Below are positions 53,401 to 64,000 of a stretch of DNA of 64,000 nucleotides, one piece after another. Source of the stretch: Antedon mediterranea (taxonomy: Eukaryota; Animalia; Echinodermata); assembly GCF_964355755.1 (NCBI RefSeq), contig NC_092670.1, positions 25,592,795-25,656,794 of the forward strand. The letters are read 5' to 3'. Below the pieces are notes generated by a model. It was given only the letters and a program-made list of their open reading frames with translations. It searched no databases and was not told where the DNA came from. Both the position numbers and the translations under genes were made by a program. Each line of letters opens with the position of its first letter. Within the stretch, counting starts at the first letter, position 1.

Positions 53401-56400
53401 TTCGCGGTACATCTGAGAAAGGTAGTTACCAAGGTGGAGATTAGTACCGAAGTTTTTTCATTGTGCTCGCCTATGTCAGAATTAACCATAATTTATATAG
53501 ATGCTACACTGTATGTAATATTGTATACAGAAATGAGTGTATACTGTATATAGACACAAAATAGAGAGCAGACTAACATTTTATATGGCATAATCTTTTT
53601 TATTGTGCACAATATTCTAACGTATGATGTGCACATGGTTTGTCATGCGGATAACTAACTGTCAAAGTGACAAGTTCAGATCTAGTTACATACTGTAACT
53701 AGAACATTTTTCACTTCAGGTCTCCTTTAAAGTACAATTTACATTGGAGTAGCACAACCAGTTATCTTAGCTCCCTGTGCAAAGCTATTTCGCAATAGTT
53801 ATTAAATAATCACTTTTGAATTACTGTTATACTTTTTGTATCAACCAGAGGTAAAAAGCGGTTAGATGGTGAGGATGTATTTGGCAGTAAAGTGTCCGTC
53901 ACAATGAATGCCAAGCCCTACAAAGGCTCACCAATGCGCTCCTCGGGAAATTCAAGTAACAATAGTTTTAGATCAAATAAGGCGTCACCTAAAATTCAAA
54001 ATCGTGAAGATGAAAATGATGGTAAAAGAGAAGACACCGAGACTGAAACAGGTAATACTTTTGCAGACACCTTACTATAAATCCAGGCTTTCTAATTTTT
54101 TTTGTTATTACTTAAACCCCTTTCACATCTGACCTAGTGAATTCTCAATGTTTACAGTCACCGGGCACACATAGTGCTAGATTGATAGATAGAATATTTT
54201 TGATGTTGCACACCAAGGCTAACTCACTAAGTCCTTAGGCTTGTTTCAGGTGGGGTCCTTCTGTAGTGAATTAGAATTGGAGGATTAGATAAACGCAATC
54301 CTGATAAAAAGATAGGATTGGTAAATACTTTATTTTCTTTTCATAATTCTAATATAATACTAGTAAATTATAAATTGAATTTTAAACAATGTTTATTAAT
54401 ATCACAGATAACCCGATCAGAGGCAAAGCAATACATCCAAAAGTTCAAAGAGTCGTTGATGGTGTCTGGTTCCCTCCACAACAAATGGCAACCATCTCCA
54501 CTCCTGAGTTTTCCAGATCATCCACTTCATCTGCGAGGTATACTCAGTTATCTGCAACATTTAGCCCCATCATCAATCCAGCAAATACAGCCATGGATTT
54601 ATCGAATCGAGAGGTTGGTAAAGATTACCTTCATAACTGCCAGAGTTCTTATGTGGAGCATGCGACACATACCACCACTCATCATCCAACCTATAATGCA
54701 GCTTATCAACCGACCTATACTTCAGCAAATCATCCAGCCACATCTACACAGTCGGGTTTCCAGAACATTCTACCAATTATCTTGAATCCTAGAGAACCAC
54801 AAAAACCAGTAGAGTTGCATTTTCCATGTAATCTTCCAAATGAGACTGCTGCAACAGGTGTTTCTGAAGATATAATTTCTCATAGAGAGGAAGTATCCCC
54901 TACATCATCAAACATACCAGTTGTTACTGGTTCTTCTTGTACTGAAAGAACAGATCAGATGATTGGAACGTATGTTGCGCCATCAAGTAAGATGGAATCC
55001 TTAATGAGCTATGACCGTCAAGGTGTAGAAGATCTGACGTCTGGTGCAGAGGTTCTGGTGACTAATCTTGATCCCATGCTTAGCAAAAAAGAACTTAGAA
55101 GACAACTTATTACAGCCTTTACTGATAATTGCATTAGAGTAAGTTAAAAAATTAAACTTCCATAACTTTGTTTATTGTGAATTATTTTGGCGTTCATATT
55201 ACAGTATTTTAGGCACATATTTGAAAAATCAGCTTTCAGTGGCAGATTCAGACTTTTGAAATAAGGGGCCAGGCGCTTAAAAATTGTAAAAAGATGTCTC
55301 ATCTTTACATTGAAATTGTTAAAATGTAGGTTGGACAGGCCTATGACTTTTGGAACACCTCATGTTTTGGTAATTGTTTTTCAGTTTCAATTTTTTTTTT
55401 TAGATGGAGAATCTGTCTCTCCAAGCTCCATCTCAAGGTCATATCCAAGCTATAGTGGAAGTGAATCGTGTTTGTGATGGTCAGCTTGCTCTTGCTAAGA
55501 TAGGTGGTAGAAAGATTGGCATGCGAAGGGTGCAGTTGGCAGTGCTGCCAAGATCAAAATCGGGTGCAGATCATCTCAGGTGGGTCCATCAAAATATTTG
55601 TGTTTTGAACAACATTGTTTTCTCCTTTTTTTACGTGAAAATATAATAAATAAATAAGAGAAAGACTCCCAAAACAGACATTTTCCTACTGCTTTAGTCA
55701 AGGGCGGTCGCAGAACTGTTTTAAGGCGGTTTCCCATGAATCCAGGACTGTTTTTGTGCCACAAGCCCCCCCCCCCCCCCCCCCCCCCCATGGCGGGGCC
55801 TGTGTCGAAGCGAATTTGATTAAATGACCCCTAGATGGCCGGAAATTCTACTCTCGCACGTAAAATTCACGATAAATGGCACCTAATAGTTCGTCGGAAA
55901 TCACTCTATATCAAGCTACCAAACAGTAACATATAGGCTCTTCCAAAACTAGACTTCTATAACATTAATGATTATTATATATGATAAAATGTGATCTAAA
56001 TTTTAATTTAGTGACAGAAAAAAACATTTTAGCATGAAATTAAGGGTTAACCCTCCTGCGTCCGCCCCTGTTAGTTGTCCGAAATTATCACCTACTCAAA
56101 CCAGACAGAATTTTGAGTTTGAGGAATTTACTGTATAACTATTTTGTTAAGGTTGATGGTGACACCTATGCTTCAAGAAATGCCAGGAAAATGCTTGCCA
56201 TTTTACAAGTTTAAAGAAGTCTTTGAAAGCAGGTGAGTTAACGTCTGAATGGTTAACATAATATAACAAGATTATCATAAAGAATAGTTGGACCATATAA
56301 ATTCAATCTCTTTCTTGATGTTTTGTTGTTGAAAATCCTGAAGTGCTAGAAGGAATGAATAAATGTGGAATACCCCTACGAAAGAGAAAACAAAAGTTAT

Positions 56401-59400
56401 GTAATTTGTCAAAAGTTGGAAAAAGTTTAAAAAATCATATGTACTACCGGTACTACCGGGTATAAACAGACGTCGTTGAAATACGTATACCCGGTAATAC
56501 TGGGTATGGGAAAAACAATGATTTAATCGTATTTGCCTATACAGTAATATATAGCACCCTCTGTATTTTTTCGATGAACTTGAATATTTTTGCAAGTCAT
56601 TAACAATTTTTTCCAGCAAAAAAAACGGCCTTCTATAGTTGTATTATCGTCTTGAAAATAATGCGCCCTCTATAGTTATATTATATATAGTATAATATAT
56701 ATACTGTAATAGTATTTCTATCTTAGAAAGTTGTGTTGAGTAGCGTAATGGCGGCCATTTTGAAAGTAACACAAATTTACCAGCTCCAATAGGGCAACAT
56801 GGTGTTTATCACAACACGCAAAAAAAAATATTCTGAAACAATTGTTAGTTTTTGAACTATAGTGAATTTTTGGAAAATGTCATTATTTTCACGATTTTGC
56901 CCAAAAACTTTGATTTGTGCATAATTTTTATAAAACAAAAAAAATAATTCAATTTTTTTTAATATTTTTATTTGTTATACGTATCTTCCTCAATATCCAG
57001 TTGGAAAAACGTATTCCATAAGAATTTCTTATAAAAAATATAGTTTTTATCATTGATTCGATAAAAAACACGAAATCTAAAATACCTGTAATGACGTCAC
57101 ATGACGTCATCAATATGCAAATTACTTTTTTTTTATACCTAACTGTAAACTAACCCTTTGCCCATCACACAACACAAAAATAATTACACAATTATCTCAA
57201 TTAGTATTTTTTTGCAATTATTTAAAATATCATATGTTTTTCTTAAATATATATTACGCACAGAGGTGGGAATAATGCTCCGCAGTGAAAGGGTTAATAG
57301 TTTTTAAATTGTTTATTTCAGGTATAATCAGCAGCTGTTTGAGGAGGACCTATACCACATTTCTGATACAGTATTGGTCAAAGAGAATGGCTCAACTAAG
57401 TTAGTTTGCTTGACCATGCAACATCATCGTAGCACACCAAGTTCCTTTATGACATCATCGTCCAATGGATACAGACAGTCACCCTGGAACGTGCCTTACG
57501 AGCCACCAAAGTAAACAATTTGGAAAGTTTTGTTGTTGCTGTTGTAGTTAAATGTATTCTTCAGGTCAATTAGGACAATTTGAAAATGTTTGTTTGTATT
57601 TCTAGAGAGCTAGCAATTCCTCCGTGTGAGCCTTTCTGCAACCAGCATGATGATATTGGAATTGTGGTGAAAAATTACCAAATGAGGGCAGCAGAAATAG
57701 ATCAGAACGTAGCTGTCTCATTGAGAATATTTTCAGCGCAAGTTGAAACGTTACTCCAACTGCATCATGGGAGAATTCCTTTAATAAGGTAAATGATACA
57801 GCATTTTTAAGGACCTTTTTATTTTATAGGGCTAGGCAACATATTGGACAAATGACCTAATGCATAATTTGGTTGAAAATCAAAAGCTCCCTATTGTTAT
57901 CGCTAAATGGTGCCACAAGAAAAAAATGATTAGTTTTTAAGTCTTTGACTTTTTTTGACTTTGACTTTTTTTTTTTTTCATACATGTATTGTAACTTGTA
58001 ACATTAATACAATCATTTTGTATATTAATTTAAAACGGACATCTTTAGTTTTACCAGGTGCTATGCTGCTGAGTTTGAAAAACTGGAAGAGAATCCTGAA
58101 GGTGGAGTACCACTTGAACATCTGTTGATGTGCATTCCAGGTGTCAGGGTTGCTTTGAATACTAATGGGGTCAAGATTGTTTGCTTCTCTGGAAAGGGAA
58201 AGATCATTTTAGGAGATGGTAAGTTACTGTTACTACTTGATACACTTTTTAATATATATATTATATATAAAGCTCTGTCTACACTAGCAAACTAGTGAAG
58301 AAAAAAAATGCGAAGTGCCCATATATGGACATGATAATGTCATATTTGGGCATATCACTACCATATTTTGGCACACACTTTTTTTGTCAAACTAGTTTGA
58401 TAGTGTGGACAGAGCTTTATGAGATCTTGTATACAAGTGTTTTAATGATCTGTCCTAATATCTAAATTCAATTTTTTTTTTTATATTTATTGCAGATCTA
58501 GGACGGTCCAGCAGCCCAATCCTACCGACTCTCCTTTTCCAGTTTAGTAAGGAAGCAACCGAAGTTCTTAAACATAGTTCTTACTGCCGACTGGAATTAA
58601 ACCTCTTCCTGCAGGCATACAACCACCACTTTGGGAAGCAGTGTCACCTTATTGACTATGGTTATACTAAACTATCAGATATATTCTCAACTATTCCTCA
58701 TATTATTCAGGTGATTGTATGTCTTGACATTATACAGTAGTAGGCGGAACCAAGTCATCCAGGCAAAAGTGCTTGATGCAATGCAGAGTAGAATAGAGAT
58801 AGTCAAAAGTTATAGTTATGACTGCTAATGCAATATATGCTGTTTCATGGAGAATACCTCAATCTTATGAATCAAACTTACTAAACTTCATTATTAGTTA
58901 ACTAGACACCTGATAATTCTTGGTATTTGATTGTAAAGGTAATCTTTTCAAAATTGTCACTGCTTGGCTGTTTATTGGTTTCCATTTTTTAGTTTCAATT
59001 TCATAAAATTGTGATTTTACTTGTTATATTGTCGTTTAGCTGTTGGGTGCAGGTGATAAACAGATCCTCACATTGACACATCAAGTTCAAATTAAAAGGT
59101 TTGCTCAAGATGTCACGAAAGTGCTCCGATCCCAGGCAAGCAAACAGGTAAATGATAACTGATTTTCCTAACTAATTAAAAAATAAAACAATGCTGGTAC
59201 GGTATGGTCCTGTGTGCAGAAAACACACTAGTTGGCAAGTTTATGATACACAGTCTACTTTTACCACAGTTACTAAGAATACGTCTTTTCCCAAATTTTG
59301 TGCCCAGTTTTTCCACTGTGTTCCTGACAAAAATAAAAACTGACCAGGAAATACCCATCACTGTCCTTGATGCTCATAATCAGTTTATATATTTTTATGT

Positions 59401-62400
59401 ATTTAGGTTACATTGGAAGACTTGCCAGCAGCATTCCAGCGTTGTTTATCACGTCCATTCAACATTGTAGAGTATGGAGTGTGCGAGGTTCAGGACATCA
59501 TTGTTGATATCCCAAATACTGTGATCATGGTAAGAACACATTTGAAAAAGTTAATAATAACTGATACAGTTGGTATACTAAAAATTCTGTTGGCAATATG
59601 TTGGTTGTGTTACTTCTGATGGTGGACACTGAGACATTGTTTGTAATTTCATAGATTAAGAAATAGAAGGATATGCATCAGTTTGAGCTTCCATGACTCT
59701 AGCCGACAGAGCGCGGACCGCCAACTATGTTACGAAATAAACACAGTTTAATTAACTGTCGTTAACAACGAAATGGTCACGTGCCTAATAAATTGTTTAC
59801 TGCACATGCACAACAACCTTTAACCTTGTTGGTTATGCTTTCCCGAACTCTTGGTGGCATGATTAATATTTCATTATTTTAGCGCTAGCTGCTTTTGCGA
59901 CAAACAAAACTTTAACAAATATAATTATAACTTTTATGAATTTGAATTGAACGATCTCCCAGAAATATTACAAGATTATTAATATAATATAATTACAAAA
60001 TTGAATACAAATAGTTTGTAAATTTTAGTTCCCTTTGGTTTAAAAAAAAACGTCCATTTTGCCACATATGATTTCTACATGGTTACGGTTTGTTCTCCAA
60101 AAATGTAATAGTGCAGTGCAGCATCCTATGGAAGGCCGCGGTTAGAGACACAGAGTTCAAATAGCGTGTTTGTTTGATTGGCAGCAGTGCTTTAATGTAG
60201 ACGAGCGTGTTAGATGTTATTGTCAATGTGTATCCTTCTTTTCCTTAATCCATTGTAATACATACAGCTCATGGTTTGTGTTTGTTGAATAATATAGTTG
60301 TTTAGCAACTTTAGCATAACACATAAATTGTGATTTATTATACTTTGTTGTGTTTAGGTGGATGGTGTAGGAGATGATATAACATTGTCTATCCCTCACA
60401 GAGGTGAGTTGCTAATTAATAACAATTTAGTTTGCTTCACATTGCTATCTGTTTCTCATCTCATCACATAATCAGTTTTTATCTTCAATATGCCACCAGA
60501 TGTATTCCAAATCATTCTGTATTAATTACAATCAATTTTGAAAAGCAAACTCTTAAAAAAAACATGAAGATCTTGGTATAATTTTATATATAAAAACTCT
60601 GTGTGATATGTTGAACACAATGTTCTTAATGCATTTTACTATTAGACATATTCGATTGGTTGCTTATTAGCAAAAGATCTATTCACATTGCTCATAAATA
60701 GATCTAAAAATGGACCAGTGGAATAAGCCTATGATGTCCACAAAATGTTATCTTCTTGCTTACAAAAAATATAAAATCATTTCATAGATCAAACTCCAGA
60801 AGAGATTGTGAGAACACAGCGGTTTGGACGCGAGGTCGTTGACCTCATGTCTCACAAGCCCAATTTCAGCATGCCATTCCAACAGTTCATACCTGACTAT
60901 CATCATCATTTTGGTAGGCAATGCAAAGTAGCAGATTATGGGGTAAACAAACTGTTAGAGTTGTTTGAAGCAATACCAGAAATTGTTCAGGTAAAACATT
61001 TCAAACGTTAATACATTTGCAACATCCAGATGAATTGTGTCTGCTGCCTAACACATGTTTTCAAGATGACATTAGGGACTTTACGAAACTGGACGGTTAG
61101 GGGAGGTACAGCCTAGAGCATAAAATCATATACAGTTGACATAGCCGTTTTATTAGTTACGCACACCTTGCGCGAAGACGACCCGCGGTATCTCTCTCCT
61201 TCCCGGCGCTTGGCCTTCTGTATCGCTTGGCTCTGGTGATACAGCATAGGCATGCCTTCCTATCTAGAGGCCTAGCCTTCAAACGCTGCGCAAAATGTAA
61301 TGCTTTTAACACAGCCATTTGTTAAGTACATTATTTCTTCTCCGTAAACGGGAAAATGGAAACTTTATCACCCTCAAAAAGTTAAGATGACAGATTTTTC
61401 ACACTAAGCTCTGCTCACTTTGTTAAAGCTCATGCATAAATTATTCATGAACACCGTCCTGTGGCTTCCCGTCCTGTTTAGTAAAGTCCCTATTGAGTTG
61501 CTTTGAGTTTTCAAATCGTTAAGTTGAGAATAAAATGATTATGATCGAGCTGGGTTGCTAATATTTACAGAATACTCTAGATTGAATCTACCATTTAAAC
61601 TCTCAAAGTGGTCTTTAATTGGAGGAGGACCTTATTGACCTTTGAGCTTATTATTTCACCATATTACTTGATCTCAATTTCAGGTTGAGATTACAGGAAA
61701 TGACCGTCAATTAACGCTTACTCTAGTTGAGCGATTGTCAATCTTGGCCATCATAGTCATCAATCTTTTACGGCACTGCCACTTTAAGTCAATGGCGTTA
61801 TGTCAATTACTGCAGTTGTACAGGAGAGAGCAGGGACATCACTTACAACCAATTGATTACCAATGCAAGACAGTGGAACAAGTCTTTCAGAAAATGCCAC
61901 ATGTTGTAGAGGTAGATCTATTTCTCTCTCATTAATTTTAAGCCAATTTAAAAGATACATTAGATGGGTGTGATGAAGCACTTTCAGAAGAAAAACCTTT
62001 TTGCAGATTGCTATGAGACCTACAAAAAATACGTACAGGCCAAGTCTATTGAGATATCACAAACTTACTACAAACAACTGTATCATAATGAATCTGTTTT
62101 TAATTTTAAAAACTGATTGTTATAGCAATCATAATGGATGACATTTTAAAATTCCACATTGAGCACCTTTCCCCATGACTACAGAAATAACCTGGGTGCA
62201 GTACAAATTTTGTGGGAAAAAATTTGTGTTTGGTTTTTCTGATAGAGTATACCATATAGAAATCCTCATCCCAGGGTCTTGGTCAAAATTGTTTACAGCA
62301 CTTTTAAATTTTGTCCTATTATTACACACACAAATACTGTACCTATAACACACACAAATACATATATTAGGGGATAGGGAAGACTGTCAAGTTTTTGTCA

Positions 62401-64000
62401 CTTAGAGTTGTGTTATAATGATTAAAATTAGCAAAGGCTTACTTTAATAACACTTCTCATAGTAGTTGATGAATCGAGTCAATAACAATGCCATCATCAT
62501 GCCAGAATATAATATGGCGTACAATTTTGAGGGAAAAACCCACATTGTACAATTCTGCAAAAATTAGGAGAACTGAACAAATTAAAACCTTGCAAGATCT
62601 ACAAGACACTTCAGTGATCAGCGATTCTTCTCAGTCAGTGTTCAAAAATCTTTCCTAGACGCGCAATATACATAATGGCATATAATAGGGCCAACTATCA
62701 GATAGTGGTACTCATCTATTCCTCACATCATATGTTTGGTTGCTTTAACGAAGAGCAGTTGACCAAAGAAACGAGAGACAACTTGGTCTTGTACTACGAC
62801 AATGTAGAGTAAATGCTGGTTAAATCAATATAGGATTCGATCAATCTCTGGTATTGTGGAAGAAAAGTGATTTCTCTTATATATATACTGATCCTTTCCA
62901 TAAGCTTAACAAGTGACAAAAACCGTGAATTGGTTATATAGGTATTTGTGTGTGTTATAGGCTAAAATTTAAAAGTGCCATACAAGATTTTGCCCAAAAC
63001 CCTGGGATGAGGATTTTTTCTGACATTCTATATGGTACAATCTATCAGAAAAACCAAACAAAGTGTTTCCTTTATTTTTTCCCACAAATGTTCTGCACCC
63101 AGGCTAAAAATATTAACTTTCTATAGGTAGCTGATCTTGTTGTGAATTCTGGCCAAATTAATACGAGAGAAACCGAAAGAAGCATTGTGTTGGTGAATCG
63201 AAAACATTTAAGCCAGTTAGCTCAATGGATTCTAGTGTTACTGATAGACCAGCCAGGAGGTCGTCTAGAGGTCAAATATGTGCCTGATGTCTTCCAGCAG
63301 CGATATCACATGAAGCTTAGACATGTTGAATATGGCTATAGTCAACTTGTTTTATTGCTATCAGATATACCGCATGTTATTAAAGTAAGGGGTAACTTGT
63401 AACTAATTTTAATTTTAAAAACAGAGTGACTGTGTCATCTGTAATTCTATTGATAATCTTAATTTTACCTCACAGATTTATAATAAATGGCTTCCAGAAA
63501 GTTACATAGAATTAACCCAAGGCTACCAGTTTGCCCGTAAGGCCCGGCTTATTCTATTGAAAAACCAGAACTGTATAGCCCTGCAAGACTTTGCTACGCT
63601 ATACGAAATGTATTTCAAGGAACCCTTCATTCCACATGTTTATGAGAAGGAGACAGTGTTAGCCTTGGTGTCTGCCGTACCTAGAGTGTTAACCCTAATT
63701 GGCAGGGGTCAGCGCAGAGCAGTAGTGCTTAATGCTGATTTGAAAGGTAAACAATAGATAACTTATTTGCCTGACATAGCAGACTAAATATTGTGTTTTG
63801 TTGTATTAGATTATAGTTTGGATAGAAACAAAAAAATATTTGCAGAAATGTATTATTATTTTTAATTTGTTTTTACTTCTTTCACTCATATTTATACCAC
63901 TAAAAGGTTACATCCTTATCAATGTGTATTAAATTTTGTATTATAGTTGTGCGTTCTATAACACCAAGCAGTTCAGAAGACCCAGGAGTGTCAAGCAGCC
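47418..64000 (+). CDS. MARF1: Meiosis regulator and mRNA stability factor 1 (limkain-b1): NYN nuclease, 2 RRM, tandem LOTUS domains; continues past the window end
   Basis: Exons read as 47418-48753, 49241-49455, 51337-51454, 51762-51928, 52071-52240, 53849-54051, 54408-55138, 55404-55579, 56152-56232, 57322-57510, 57606-57788, 58049-58218, 58496-58710, 59040-59147, 59407-59529, 60358-60403, 60788-60990, 61684-61911, 63127-63384, 63476-63746, 63947-end. NYN motifs [42 protein letters not shown]; [16 protein letters not shown]; [20 protein letters not shown]. Confidence 0.93.
48929..49052. mobile_element. MITE family A copy
   Basis: CTCTGTCTACACTATCAAAC...GTTTGATAGTTTAGGCAGAGCTT. Confidence 0.75.
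49540..49771 (+). mobile_element. 3' fragment of a CR1-type LINE
   Basis: TRGHEYKL...[33 protein letters not shown] is the typical C-terminus of CR1 ORF2. Confidence 0.85.
49892..51270 (-). mobile_element. Decayed Rex1/Babar-like LINE ORF2
   Basis: GNSDHRVV...[57 protein letters not shown] and [13 protein letters not shown] (degenerate YADD), with many frameshifts. Confidence 0.85.
55699..56070. mobile_element. hAT-like MITE with internal poly(C)
   Basis: CAAGGGCGGTCGCAG vs CTGCGTCCGCCCCTG (15-bp TIR, 2 mismatches). No clean 8-bp TSD. Confidence 0.55.
58270..58417. mobile_element. MITE family A copy (best preserved)
   Basis: TA/AAGCTCTGTCTACACTAGCAAACTAG...CTAGTTTGATAGTGTGGACAGAGCTT/TA. 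Confidence 0.85.
61074..61491. mobile_element. PIF/Harbinger-like MITE
   Basis: TIR AGGGACTTTACGAAACTGGACGG vs CCGTCCTGTTTAGTAAAGTCCCT, with a 3-bp direct repeat ATT on both sides. Confidence 0.75.
62191..63103. mobile_element. Element of about 0.9 kb with long (~160-170 bp) imperfect TIRs
   Basis: CCTGGGTGCAG/CTGCACCCAGG, GTTTGGTTTTTCTGATAGA/TCTATCAGAAAAACCAAAC, AATCCTCATCCCAGGG/CCCTGGGATGAGGATT and GCACTTTTAAATTTT/AAAATTTAAAAGTGC. Confidence 0.8.

Noticed and set aside
54318-54785. 155-aa alternative-frame ORF
   Set aside because: It overlaps MARF1 exon 54408-55138 in another frame and starts in the intron.
56250-57297. piggyBac-like element ending GAAAGGG/TTAA
   Set aside because: No matching left TIR was found, so the boundaries are unsupported.

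Overview
AT-rich, intron-rich animal (probably invertebrate) genomic DNA with three spliced + strand genes: the 3' part of VPS35L/C16orf62 (1464-8798, with a U12-type intron), a complete USP36/USP42-type deubiquitinase (30226-38426) and the 5' part of MARF1 (47418 to window end; NYN, RRM and LOTUS domains). The most striking structure is a 14.3-kb non-coding foldback element (10490-24785). It has ~335-bp terminal inverted repeats and a 9-bp target-site duplication, and is filled entirely with a 181/190-bp, palindrome-rich satellite. The two satellite arms are inverted relative to each other and very unequal (about 9 vs about 65 monomers), and the long arm has higher-order periods including a 2416-bp 13-mer. 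Other layers are a 4.3-kb TIR element inserted in the (TA)n tract of a HINE-like repeat, a Helitron nested antisense in an older copy of its own family, several MITE families and decayed LINEs. Exon boundaries were read by eye from splice signals and remembered similarity to the human proteins; no searches were run.
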